Positions 35,704 to 45,067 of a DNA stretch of 64,000 nucleotides are shown one piece after another. The stretch is taken from the NCBI GenBank assembly GCA_965198125.1, contig CBDAOQ010000003.1:4149659-4213658 (forward strand), given 5' to 3'. Each line of letters starts with the position of its first letter. Within the stretch, counting starts at the first letter, position 1. The notes below the pieces were generated by a model, which saw only the letters and a program-made list of their open reading frames with translations, was not told where the DNA came from and did not search any database. The DNA comes from Candidatus Versatilivorator sp. GTDB taxonomy: Bacteria; Acidobacteriota; Terriglobia; Versatilivoradales; Versatilivoraceae. The position numbers and the translations under genes are program-made.

Positions 35704-37451
35704 CCTACAGCGAAGGAGAAATCAGATGCCAACTCAGCCTTGGTGAGGACAGCCGCTGGGAATTCAAGCAAATCGAGTTCGTCGGCAGCCGCCCAAGGAA
35801 TCCGAGGCGCGACGATTTGGCGGATGAGATCGCGGCGTTCGCTAATGCGGACGGCGGTACGCTGCTCTGCGGCATCACCGACGCAGGCGAGGTACAGGGC
35901 ATGTCTCGTGAACAGATTATCGAGTTGGATTCTGTTCTGGTCGAGGTGAGCTCCGACGCCATCAAACCAGCCGTTCGCATCCGCACCCATCACGGGCGAC
36001 TGGATGGCAAGCGGTTGCTACTGGTCGAAGTGCCGGCGGGAGAATCGCTGCACGAAAGCCCGGGTGGGAGCTATGTTCGGGTGGGCGGCACAAAGCGAAA
36101 GACGAACAGCGACGAGCAGCTACGATTGGCGCAACGACGGGGACAGGCGCGTTTCCGCTCGTTCGACGAGCAACCCCTTCCAAATACCGGATTCGGAACT
36201 CTGGATGAATCGCTCTGGAAGCCGCTGTTGACGGCCGAAGGCGCGGCAAATCCCGAGTCAGCGCTCGGGAAGTTAGCGCTCCTGGTGCCCGACGAGGCTG
36301 GAATTCCGCGCTCCACGGTAGCTGGCGTGTTGTTGTGCACCCGAAATCCCGAGCAGCACGTCCCCAACGCCTGCATTACGGCGACCCGTTACCGGGGAAA
36401 GAATCGGGCCTCTGGCCAGATCGATGCACAGGAGATTACCGGCCCGCTGAACCGCCAAATCGCCGACGCGGTGGCCTTCGCCATAAGGAACATGCACATT
36501 GCAGCGCGCAAGGAGCCGGCGCGCGTGGACCTGCCCCAGTACAGCGACAAGGCGCTGTTCGAGGCCGTGGTCAATGCCGTGGCGCATCGCGACTATTCGA
36601 TGCGTGCCAGCAAAATCCGCCTGTCCATGTTCGAAGACCGCCTGGAAATTCAGTCGCCTGGCTCGCTGCCGAACAACCTGACCATCGACAGCATGGCAAC
36701 GCGGCAAGCAACTCGCAACGAAGCCTTGACCTCGGTGCTGGGACGAATGCCGGTGGGGGGTGTCCAAGGCTCGGAGGACAGGCAGTATTTCATGGAGCGG
36801 CGCGGAGACGGAGTTCCCATCATCCGGCGCGAAACCAAGGCACTCAGCGGAAAACTGCCCGAATATCGACTAATCAATGCTTCGGAAGTCTGCCTCATCA
36901 TCCCTGCGGCAGCGCAGGAGCAGAGCCCTGCCCACGCTGTCATCACCGTGCGGTCCGTCGGCCAACCCTTGCCTGGTGCCGACCTGTTGACTCTTTTTCC
37001 GAACAAGACCTGGAAGCGTGCGACCACGGACGAGGCCGGGGAGGCACCCGTCGACCTGCACACGACTCATCTCCCTATGACGGTGTTCGCTGCCGGACCC
37101 AGGCACGCAGCACATCTAGAACGGGAATGGGTCCCCAGCCGGGGAGCGCTCACGATAGAAGTTAAAGCCCTACAGGAAGGTGGTAGTGTCATCTTCCCCG
37201 AGGCGACCGGATGCCTTCCAGGCCTCAAGGGTAGGCTTAATCCCATTCGCGACACCCATGACCGAACTTATCTCTACGCGTCCAACATTGCCATCAACGA
37301 GGGCGAGCAGCAACCGGTCCACTTCATCCCTGGTGAAGACCTGAGGTTAACCGATGCCGAAGGAACCAAATTTCTGGTGCGCATTGTCGATATCGTAGGT
37401 CGCTCGGCGCTTGTGGAATATCGTCCATATCCTGAATGGCAAAAAAGATAA
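35700..37451 (+). CDS. AlbA_2 (Schlafen-type) + RecG-C-terminal-like (HATPase_c_4) DNA-binding protein with unassigned C-terminal domain
   Basis: From ATG 35700: GEDSRWEFKQIEF..LADEIAAFANADGGTLLCGITD..LLLVEVPAG (AlbA_2), then ALFEAVVNAVAHRDYS..LEIQSPGSLPN..TRNEAL. The last ~180 aa have no motif I recognise. Confidence 0.8.
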   Translation: MTYSEGEIRCQLSLGEDSRWEFKQIEFVGSRPRNPRRDDLADEIAAFANADGGTLLCGITDAGEVQGMSREQIIELDSVLVEVSSDAIKPAVRIRTHHGRLDGKRLLLVEVPAGESLHESPGGSYVRVGGTKRKTNSDEQLRLAQRRGQARFRSFDEQPLPNTGFGTLDESLWKPLLTAEGAANPESALGKLALLVPDEAGIPRSTVAGVLLCTRNPEQHVPNACITATRYRGKNRASGQIDAQEITGPLNRQIADAVAFAIRNMHIAARKEPARVDLPQYSDKALFEAVVNAVAHRDYSMRASKIRLSMFEDRLEIQSPGSLPNNLTIDSMATRQATRNEALTSVLGRMPVGGVQGSEDRQYFMERRGDGVPIIRRETKALSGKLPEYRLINASEVCLIIPAAAQEQSPAHAVITVRSVGQPLPGADLLTLFPNKTWKRATTDEAGEAPVDLHTTHLPMTVFAAGPRHAAHLEREWVPSRGALTIEVKALQEGGSVIFPEATGCLPGLKGRLNPIRDTHDRTYLYASNIAINEGEQQPVHFIPGEDLRLTDAEGTKFLVRIVDIVGRSALVEYRPYPEWQKR

Positions 37452-37607
37452 AACATCCATACGCGATGCCCTGAAGCAGGAAGCCCTCAGAAAAGCTGGC
37501 ATCCAGTTTTTGGCGAACCAGGCAGAGTCATAACTCCCCATACCACGACGAGGCCTGGGGCTATGCTTTCGAGCTCCCTCATCGATCTCCGGGAGCTGCC
37601 TGTTAGT

Positions 37608-39571
37608 CGGAACTTCCAGCGTTATCGACGCAAGTTATTGTATCACCGGGACATAGTAAGGAATCCGGCTGCACGCTACTGGGTAGAAGGTTAGCGGGTG
37701 CGACCGAGCCTCAGGGAGCGAGGACTTTCTCCTGTTGGGGAGTGGGTCGGGTCACGAGGTCAAAGGGCGGTGATCCGGCGGCGCTGGGCTGGACACGCTG
37801 TTTGACAATGGTGGCGAGGTCGGCCAGCAGCGTCCGGAAGCTGTGGACGGGGAGGCCGTCGGGGCTGTGTTTGGAGGCGGCCTTTTTCCGGGCCGAGGCC
37901 GACGGCTTGGCCGCAGCCACCACCGAGGGACGCTCAGGGCCCTCCTCGTCATCGAACAGCATCGGCGCCAGGCAGAGGCGCATGTGGCGCTCGACGTAAT
38001 AGGCGAGCAGACACAGCAACAGGTGGGCGCGGACCCGCGAGGCCAGGCGATGGTGGATGGGACGCACCTTGAGATCGATGGTCTTGAAGCAGCGGAAGGC
38101 GCGCTCAACCACACTGAGCCCCTTGTAGGCCTTGACCGTCTCCTGGCTGTCGAGTTGGCTTCGCCAGGCTGGTGCGAACCACGTAGAAGCCGTCGAGGGC
38201 GGCCTCGGCGGCGATGCGGTCCGGGTTGCGGCGGTAGGAGAAGCGGTCATCGGTGATGTCGAGGAGGAAGTGCTTCTTCATCTTGTACTTGTCGACGACC
38301 TTGTGGACGCGCTGGCGGATCTTGATCTCTCCTTTGAGGCGGCGGCGCTCGCGTTGGGTGGCCTTGAGGATTGTGCCGAGTTCGGTCTCGGTGGCTGCCA
38401 GCAGCTCCTCCCGCTTGCGGGAGCGCTCCTCGGCCAGCAGCGGGTTGCGGCACACGATCAGGCGTTCCCCGGGATAGAGGGTGGGGCAGGTGATCTCGGC
38501 CAGGTCGCGCTGGTCGAACAGGGAGGGCTGCAGGGCTCCCTGTTCGACCAGGGCCCGCAGCGCCGGACCGCGCAAGGCACTGATCCAGTCGAGTCCGGCC
38601 GGCTTGAGGTCCTCCCGAATGCGGGCTTCGGTCAGCAGGCCGCGATCCCCGACCAGCACCACCCGCGACAGGCCGAAGCGTTTCCGCATCTTGTTGACCT
38701 GGGCGGCCACGGTGGAGGGATCGGCGGTGTCGCCCTGGAAGGCTTCGATGGCGAGGGGCCAGCCCTGGCGGTCGCACAGCAGCCCGAAGACCAGCTGCAG
38801 GGACCCTCGCTTGCGGTCCCGCGAGTAGCCGTAGCGAGCCAAGGGGCAGTGGCGGCCCTCGAACCAGGTCGAAGAGAGGTCATACAAGACCAGGGCGCCC
38901 TCCTGGAGGTGCTTGCCGGCCAGCCGGGTCTCGATGGCAGTCTGGCGTTGGAGCAGCCAGTCCATGGCTTGGTAGAGTTCATTCTCGTCGGCATCGGCAA
39001 GGTCGAGCATGTCGGCGAGGCTGTCGCTGGCGGTATGGGAGGAGAGGCCGCGGGCGGTGGCAAGCTTGGAGCGGGGATCGAGGATGCGGGCCACGATCAT
39101 GGCGACGACCAGGTCGCGCTGGCGGGAGCGACGGCTGGCGATGAGGGATTCGAGGCCGCACTGGCGCAGGCAGGAGAGGACGGCGGCGACATGGCCGTGG
39201 GGCAGGGAGCGGACGATGTCAAAGGCGTCATGGAGGGGGATGTCGGAGGGGGTGGCGCCTTTGAGGAAGCGGCGCAGGGCGTCAATGAGGTGGGGCGGGA
39301 GTTTGGAGAGGTTGGCAAGGGTGCGTTTTCTGACCTTGCCGTCTTTCCAGAAGGACTCGCGCAGGAGGATGGCGGGCGGGGAGTTGCGGTTGGGGACGAC
39401 GTCTATATACATGACTAAGAGTATAGGGACATAAGACATTCATGTCAATAGACAAAAGCATTGTAGAAGTCACTATTACATGGACATGTATTGCACGAGA
39501 AGAAAACACGCGAACCCTTGCCAGTCCTACCGTTAGAAGCGAAAATGACGCGAAATCAGCTGGAAGTTCCG
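37608..39571 (-). mobile_element. IS1634-family insertion sequence (1964 bp) with 6-bp target-site duplication
   Basis: Perfect 13-bp TIR: CGGAACTTCCAGC at 37608-37620 and GCTGGAAGTTCCG at 39559-39571. GTTAGT is directly repeated at 37602-37607 and 39572-39577. Confidence 0.8.
37711..39439 (-). pseudogene. IS1634-family transposase, split by a +1 frameshift near 38161
   Basis: ORF 38105..39439 (MYIDVVPNRNSPPAILLRESFWKDGKVRKRTLANLSKLP...FYVVRTSLA) continues in ORF 37711..38250 (SQLDSQETVKAYKGLSVVERAFRCFKTIDLKVRPIHH). Removing one A in GCGAAGCC restores a ~575-aa protein. Confidence 0.8.
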
Positions 39572-39572
39572 G

Positions 39573-40301
39573 TTAGTGGAGCACCTTTACGACTCGGAAG
39601 CCGTAATCGGTGTACTTGTAGGAGGGGTCCAGGCTGCTGCGGGCCGCGCAACGACTCACCTTGATCTGGTGGCGCCAGGCCCCACCCCGGGAGGCCCGGC
39701 GAAGGGTCTTTGTCTGGTTGATCGGATTGTTGTTGGGGGATCGCTGGTAGTAGTCGCGTGCATACCAGTCCAGACACCACTCGTGGACATTTTCGCCCAG
39801 GTCGTGAAGCCCGAAATCATTGGGCGGCTGGAGTCCCACCGGACGAGGGCATCGATCCCGCCAACCGGTTCGATACAGCTCGAATTCGGAGGGGTCTTCG
39901 TCACCCCAGGCATAGAGGCATCCCTCCTTGTTTTGGCGAACCGCCCATTCCCATTCGGCCTCGGTCGGCAAGCGGTAGTTTTCATGGGTCCAGTCACTCA
40001 GCCAGTGGCAATAGGCGGCGGCCTGCTGCCAACTGACTGAAACCACCGGCTGTCGTGGATGGCTGAATTGAGGCTCCAAAAACGAGTCGGGCATCCGCCC
40101 CCCGGTTCGACTGACAAAAAACCGGTACTGCTCATTGGTCACTGCGGTAATGCCCATGGCAAAGGCATCGACACGGACTCGATGGACCGGCCGCTCGTCC
40201 GCCCGTCCCCGGTCGCAACCCATGAGAAACTCGCCGCCCGGCAGAACCGCCACGGCTGGAATGGAGCTTGCGATCCTGCTTGCGTTCGCCACGTTCCCCA
40301 T
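39573..40301 (-). CDS. formylglycine-generating enzyme (FGE/SUMF1) family protein
   Basis: Start set to ATG 40301. LPGGEFLMG, RPVHRVRVDAFAM, VTNEQY, SWQQAAAYCHWLS, YRLPTEAEWEWA, RGGAW, and GFRVV at the C-terminus. Confidence 0.88.
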   Translation of the reverse strand: MGNVANASRIASSIPAVAVLPGGEFLMGCDRGRADERPVHRVRVDAFAMGITAVTNEQYRFFVSRTGGRMPDSFLEPQFSHPRQPVVSVSWQQAAAYCHWLSDWTHENYRLPTEAEWEWAVRQNKEGCLYAWGDEDPSEFELYRTGWRDRCPRPVGLQPPNDFGLHDLGENVHEWCLDWYARDYYQRSPNNNPINQTKTLRRASRGGAWRHQIKVSRCAARSSLDPSYKYTDYGFRVVKVLH

Positions 40302-40454
40302 GGATCGACCTCCAGCCGGTGTTGCGTTGTCAAATGGAATGGACCTGTTCAGTGGCCAAGGGATTTCGCGAATGAGTGCGTTCAAACAGGCATGCCACCG
40401 CACGGCATGACTCGATCGACTGGAGTGGACAGCTGCTGCAGGCGGCAATTAATG

Positions 40455-41042
40455 GAGCCTTTTGCAAAATTCCGCAGGCAACGGGCTTATGGAGGCTCGG
40501 AACAGGTTTTGATTAACATGGATGCACAGGATGCACAGGATTTTTTCAGGAAACGGCTAGCTTGTAATCCTGAGCTTCCGCAAATCCGCACACGATCATT
40601 GCCGGAGCCGGCTTCTCGTGCAGCAGCGTCCCGTCCTGGATATCCTGTGCATCCTGTGCATCCATGTTTATTATGAGCCTTTTGCAACATTCGCAATCGG
40701 GAATGATATGGAGGCGGCAAAGGTGATGTGCTGCAGGCTCCGGCATTCACCACAAAAAGCACAAGAGACAACAGAAACCACAAAAAGCACAAAACGAGTT
40801 TCTTGATTTCGCGTCTTGCCGATCCGATGGTCCTTTTTGTGTTTTTGTGCCTTTTGTGGCCATTAAGCTTCAGACGGCAAACGGGTTCAGTGTCACCTCA
40901 TCCTTGACCGACTGGGGAGGAAAAACCCTCGATCTGAATAAGGATCGCCCGACTCCGATTTTTGCAAAAGGCTCAATGGATAAAAACATCGATAGACAGG
41001 ATCGCCCGGTTTTTCATCCTGTCCATCCTGTTAATCCATGTT
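40455..41042. repeat. nested repeat array: F - A(154 bp) - F - B(110 bp) - F(inverted) - A(58 bp)
   Basis: F copies at 40455-40485, 40675-40701 and 40955-40974 (inverted); A element at 40515-40668; B element at 40750-40859; minimal A element at 40985-41042. Confidence 0.9.
40515..40668. mobile_element. family A MITE-like element (154 bp), perfect 27-bp TIR
   Basis: AACATGGATGCACAGGATGCACAGGAT at 40515-40541 has its exact reverse complement at 40642-40668. The minus-strand stub reads MDAQDAQDIQDGTLLHEKPAPAMIVCGFAEAQDYKLAVS. Confidence 0.9.
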
Positions 41043-41126
41043 AAACAAGAAATGAAGTCACGACGTGGAAGGTAGACGCGGGTTGTTGAGCGTGAACGAT
41101 TTCGGGCCGGTTCTTTTTCCTGGTTT

Positions 41127-41217
41127 TTCTTCGTGTCTCTTCGTCGTCCTTCGTGCCCCTTCGTGGATATCTTTTCTTGTCTCTTCGTGGACCCCCTTCG
41201 TGGATATCTTTTTCCCC
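41127..41217. repeat. family G tract (CTTCGTG-type 9-10-mers)
   Basis: TTCTTCGTGTCTCTTCGTCGTCCTTCGTGCCCCTTCGTGGATATCTTTTCTTGTCTCTTCGTGGACCCCCTTCGTGGATATCTTTTTCCCC. Confidence 0.85.
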
Positions 41218-41249
41218 TTCACTGCTTGTCGGTCTGAGGCACGGCCTTG

Positions 41250-43574
41250 CTACGAAGCGGATTCCTGGGTGCGCCCGAACTCGAAACCGGGGTAGGTGAT
41301 CCGAGCGTGGTAAATGCTGGAAAGGGTTTCGAGGAAGTTGAAGGCAATGCGGTCGATCTCAGCCAGGGTGATGTCGCACTCTGAAAGCTGTCCGTCCTCG
41401 GTGGTGGTAGCCACGATCTTCTGAATCAACTCCAGCAACTTTTCCTGAGAGTGGTCGCTCAGGGTTCTGGCTGCGGCCTCCACGGCGTCGGCCAGCATGA
41501 TGATGGCGGCCATCTTGCTTTGCGGCCTGGGCCCCGGATAGCGGAAGCGGGATTCGTCGATTTCTTCGGGTGTGGTTGCGTTGGCCTTGGCCTTCTCGTG
41601 GAAAAAGGTCAGAAGCTTGGTGCCGTGGTGTTGCGGGATGATGTCGACCATGGCAGAGGGGAGCTTCGCGGCCCGGGCCATTCGGATGCCTTCGGTTACG
41701 TGTTCCACCACGAGCGTCACGCTTTCCTCGGGACCGATGCGGTCATGGATGTTCTGGCCCCGCTGGTTCTCCACGAAGTACTCGGGATGAATCGACTTGC
41801 CGATGTCGTGATAGAAACAGGCCACCCGCGCAAAGACCGGGTTCAGCCCGATCGCTTCGGCGGCTCGTTCGGACAGCGTTCCGACGGCAACGCTGTGGTT
41901 GTAGGTTCCGGGAGCTTTCAGGATCAGCTCACGGATCAGAGGCAGGTTGATATTCCCGAGCTCCTGCAGCCTCATGATGGTAGTGACCATGAAAAACCTT
42001 TCGAAAAGAGGCAACAGAAAAACCAGCAAGCCCGTGTTGATCGGCCCCGACAGAAGGGCCAGGGTGGCCCCCAGCAGGCCGGCGGCGAAGTCGAACGGAG
42101 CCAGTTTGGCGTACTGCAGGATCACGAAAAGGCCAATGGCCGCCGATCCGAGCTTGAACCCGGCGCCTACGAACCCCACTCTTTGCACGGCGCTGCGTAT
42201 GGTGAGAATTCCGATCAGGTTCGACATCAGCACATAGAAAAAACCATAGATATCGCTACTCAGCGTCAATACGGCCAGGATGCTCGACAACAGAGAAAAA
42301 ATCAGGGCGGCACGGTCATCCACCAGGATGGTTACCAGCATTGCCCCCAGTGCAAAGGGCAAGGCGAAAAAGAAATAGACCTCGTCGTTGCCGGGCAATC
42401 CCGCGAAGTTCTGGCTGAGGGACTCGCTAAGAGCCTCGCCCACAAAGCCGAATACTTTGAGCAGGATGGTCTGAGTGACCAGGACGGTCCCGGCCAGCAC
42501 TGCCAGTCTCATAAAATTCCAGTGGGTCGGCCAAAGGTTTCTCAGCAAGTAGCCGAACACCGCCAGTAGTGATCCAATAAAAACCGCCAGGCTGATCATT
42601 TGGGCCAGCGAAGAGGGTTTTCGGGGAAGGTTTCGGATGGCTTCGATTTGCCGTAGTTGCCCCGGACTGATTTCGTCCCCGTAGCGAACAACGACCTTGC
42701 CCTTCTTGAGGATGACAAAGACCGGGTCGACATTGGCCACCGCTTCCCGTTGGGCGGCTTGCGTGGGTTGCAGATCAAAGGATAGATTGGGCTGCAGCAA
42801 CTCCCGGACCAGGCTGGAAACCGGTTGCAGGGGCAACTGGTGGTCTTGCAGCAGCTTCGGCAACCAGGTGCCGACCTCCTGGCGGGTCCTGTCCAGAGTC
42901 TTGACCTGATCCACCGGAATCGTCTTTCTCTCTCCCGAGTCGGCGGAGAGGACCTGGATGCTCCCTTTCTCCCGAATCAGGTCCCTTGCGCTCTCAATCA
43001 CATACGAAGCGTCGACCTTGCGCAGCGCCTGTTCCAGCACCTGTTGCAACCCCTGGCTGAATCCGTCGCCGACCAGGAACCGAGCCGCAGGTTCCAGCGC
43101 CGATTCCGGCAGCAGTCGGCCCAGCTGCAATCCGAGGTTTGTCTGGACTTCCGGCGGCAGGTGGTGAAGGTTCCAGGCCGAACCGGCGGAAGGTGTCAGG
43201 TTGGGGGCATTCAGTTGGCTTCTCAACGTGGAGAACAGCTCGCCGATCCGGTTGATGCGGGCCTCGGCCTGATTTGCCGCATAGCGATATACGGGAAGCG
43301 CGGCGTTTTTGGCTTCCTGCTGTCTGAGCCTGGTGGCTTCTTCGTCCTGCATTGGGACATCCGCCGGGACCAGAATATCGGAAGAAGCAATGTCTCCCGC
43401 CCGATACTCGGGGAGGGTGAAGATTCTGTACTTGGAGCAGAAGAAGGTGAGCACGCCTGTAAGGACCACCAGCAGCAGGATCAGAGCCGGGACCCGTCCG
43501 GGGCTCACCTGGTCTGATCTCTGTCCCAGGGGATCATTGGAGCTGCCGTTCCTTCTCAGACTGATGACTTTCAT
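41250..43574 (-). CDS. pgpH: 7TM-receptor / HD-domain phosphohydrolase (PgpH-like c-di-AMP phosphodiesterase family)
   Basis: Large extracytoplasmic N-terminal region, seven TM helices, and an HD domain (GTYNHSVAVGTLSERAA, FYHDIGK, IIPQHHG). Confidence 0.85.
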   Translation of the reverse strand: MKVISLRRNGSSNDPLGQRSDQVSPGRVPALILLLVVLTGVLTFFCSKYRIFTLPEYRAGDIASSDILVPADVPMQDEEATRLRQQEAKNAALPVYRYAANQAEARINRIGELFSTLRSQLNAPNLTPSAGSAWNLHHLPPEVQTNLGLQLGRLLPESALEPAARFLVGDGFSQGLQQVLEQALRKVDASYVIESARDLIREKGSIQVLSADSGERKTIPVDQVKTLDRTRQEVGTWLPKLLQDHQLPLQPVSSLVRELLQPNLSFDLQPTQAAQREAVANVDPVFVILKKGKVVVRYGDEISPGQLRQIEAIRNLPRKPSSLAQMISLAVFIGSLLAVFGYLLRNLWPTHWNFMRLAVLAGTVLVTQTILLKVFGFVGEALSESLSQNFAGLPGNDEVYFFFALPFALGAMLVTILVDDRAALIFSLLSSILAVLTLSSDIYGFFYVLMSNLIGILTIRSAVQRVGFVGAGFKLGSAAIGLFVILQYAKLAPFDFAAGLLGATLALLSGPINTGLLVFLLPLFERFFMVTTIMRLQELGNINLPLIRELILKAPGTYNHSVAVGTLSERAAEAIGLNPVFARVACFYHDIGKSIHPEYFVENQRGQNIHDRIGPEESVTLVVEHVTEGIRMARAAKLPSAMVDIIPQHHGTKLLTFFHEKAKANATTPEEIDESRFRYPGPRPQSKMAAIIMLADAVEAAARTLSDHSQEKLLELIQKIVATTTEDGQLSECDITLAEIDRIAFNFLETLSSIYHARITYPGFEFGRTQESAS

Positions 43575-43583
43575 GAAACCTTT

Positions 43584-44165
43584 TTAGCCCCGCCCCCGCC
43601 CCATACGACGGGGCGGATCATTCGAGAGTGAAACAGGTTTTGTTTTAAGTGGGGCCCCTGCCCTGCCGGGCAGATCATCCGAGGGTGTCAGGGGGCCCCG
43701 CGGTTTTGCCTCACGCGCCTTAGTGGCCCGGCCCTTCGTGGATAACTCTTAAGTGGGGCCCCTGCCCTGCCGGGCAGATCATCCGAGGGTGAAACAGGGT
43801 TGTTTCAGACAAGTGGAGGGTTCCGGGATCAGGCAAGCGCCTTATGACCTGGTTGCACCTTTTGAACGACTGCGCCGAGATCAACAAGATGCTTAACGTG
43901 CCGATCCAAAAACTATCCACTATCCACTATCCACTTAGCCCCGCCCCCGCCCCATACGACGGGGCGGATCATTCGAGAGTGAAACAGGTTTTGTTTCAGA
44001 TAAGCCGGGCCCCCGCCCTGCTGTGCGGATCATACAAGAGTGAAACAATCAGAAATCGATCATCCCTTCGTGACCTTGGCATCCCGTCGCGGTTAACCTC
44101 AACGCCTTAGTGGCCCTTCGTCGTTCTTCGTGGCCCTTCGTGGATAACTCTTTTTTCTTTTGTTT
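43584..44165. repeat. repeat array: five family D hairpin-tail modules, family G and H modules
   Basis: A 62-nt perfect direct repeat lies at 43584-43645 and 43935-43996. A 41-nt perfect direct repeat lies at 43647-43687 and 43751-43791. Heptamer CTATCCA x3 is at 43913-43933. A composite G+D unit at 43992-44165 is near-identical to 1783-1945. Confidence 0.95.
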
Positions 44166-44461
44166 CAGGTAAGATAAGGCGCTGATGAAGTATCCTGGCC
44201 TCGAGACACTCGAGGTAAATGACAATGTCCGGAAACTCGGGCATGAACTCCGATGCTAGCACCGACGCCCACGGCGGTCAAGTTGTGTCCTGTTAACGTG
44301 TTGCATTGAAATTGGGTGATAGATCGGTGTTTGCGCCAGGCAAGCCGGGATGGTGCAATGCCCCTATCGGATCTTGTATCCGCGCCGCTCGACGCGCTAT
44401 TCTTGGTGGCAGTCGAAATGGAACGTCGTATGCCGGGCACGAAACCAAAGGAGCCGATACT

Positions 44462-45022
44462 ATGGTCTTGACACCTTCAACCATGCTACCACTGGGGGCA
44501 CCTGCACCCGATTTTCACCTGCCGGATGTCGTGTCCGGAAACACGGTCACGCTCGGCAGCTTTGCCGACAAGGATGCACTCCTGGTCATGTTCATCTGCC
44601 GGCACTGTCCGTTTGTGATCCATGTCCAGGAGGAGTTGGCGCGCTTCGGCAGCGACTATCAGAGCAAAAACCTGGGAATTCTGGCCATCAGCTCCAATGA
44701 CGCCGATACTCATCCCGATGATGCGCCTTCCAACCTGAAGGCCATGGCGGAAGAGCTCGGCTTCGCCTTTCCCTACTGTCATGACGAGACTCAGGAAGTC
44801 GCCCGGGCCTTTCAAGCGGCCTGCACCCCTGATTTTTTCCTTTTTGACCGGCGGCGGGATCTGGTCTACCGGGGTCAGTTGGATGGGAGCCGGCCCGGGA
44901 ACAACGAACCGGTCACGGGACGGGACCTGAGGAGCGCCACGGACGCCGTGCTTGCGGGAACTCCGGTCTCGAGCGACCAGACGCCCAGCATCGGCTGCAA
45001 CATTAAATGGAAAGCCAATTGA
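44462..45022 (+). CDS. thioredoxin-fold (AhpC/TSA-like) thiol-disulfide oxidoreductase
   Basis: Start set to ATG 44462, with AAGGAG 8 nt upstream. APAPDFHLPD..LLVMFICRHCPFV..GILAISSND..PDFFLFD. Confidence 0.85.
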   Translation: MVLTPSTMLPLGAPAPDFHLPDVVSGNTVTLGSFADKDALLVMFICRHCPFVIHVQEELARFGSDYQSKNLGILAISSNDADTHPDDAPSNLKAMAEELGFAFPYCHDETQEVARAFQAACTPDFFLFDRRRDLVYRGQLDGSRPGNNEPVTGRDLRSATDAVLAGTPVSSDQTPSIGCNIKWKAN

Positions 45023-45067
45023 ATCGGCGGGTGTTGATGGTGAGAAGAGCGTTGGCTTGGGAGGCCT

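Noticed and set aside
43584-44165. Possible CRISPR array, also considered for 4130-4501 and 40455-41042.
   Set aside because: The repeats are not evenly spaced. The intervening segments are themselves repeated elsewhere in the window. Repeat lengths (41, 62, 124 nt) and the mix of orientations do not fit CRISPR, and there are no cas genes.
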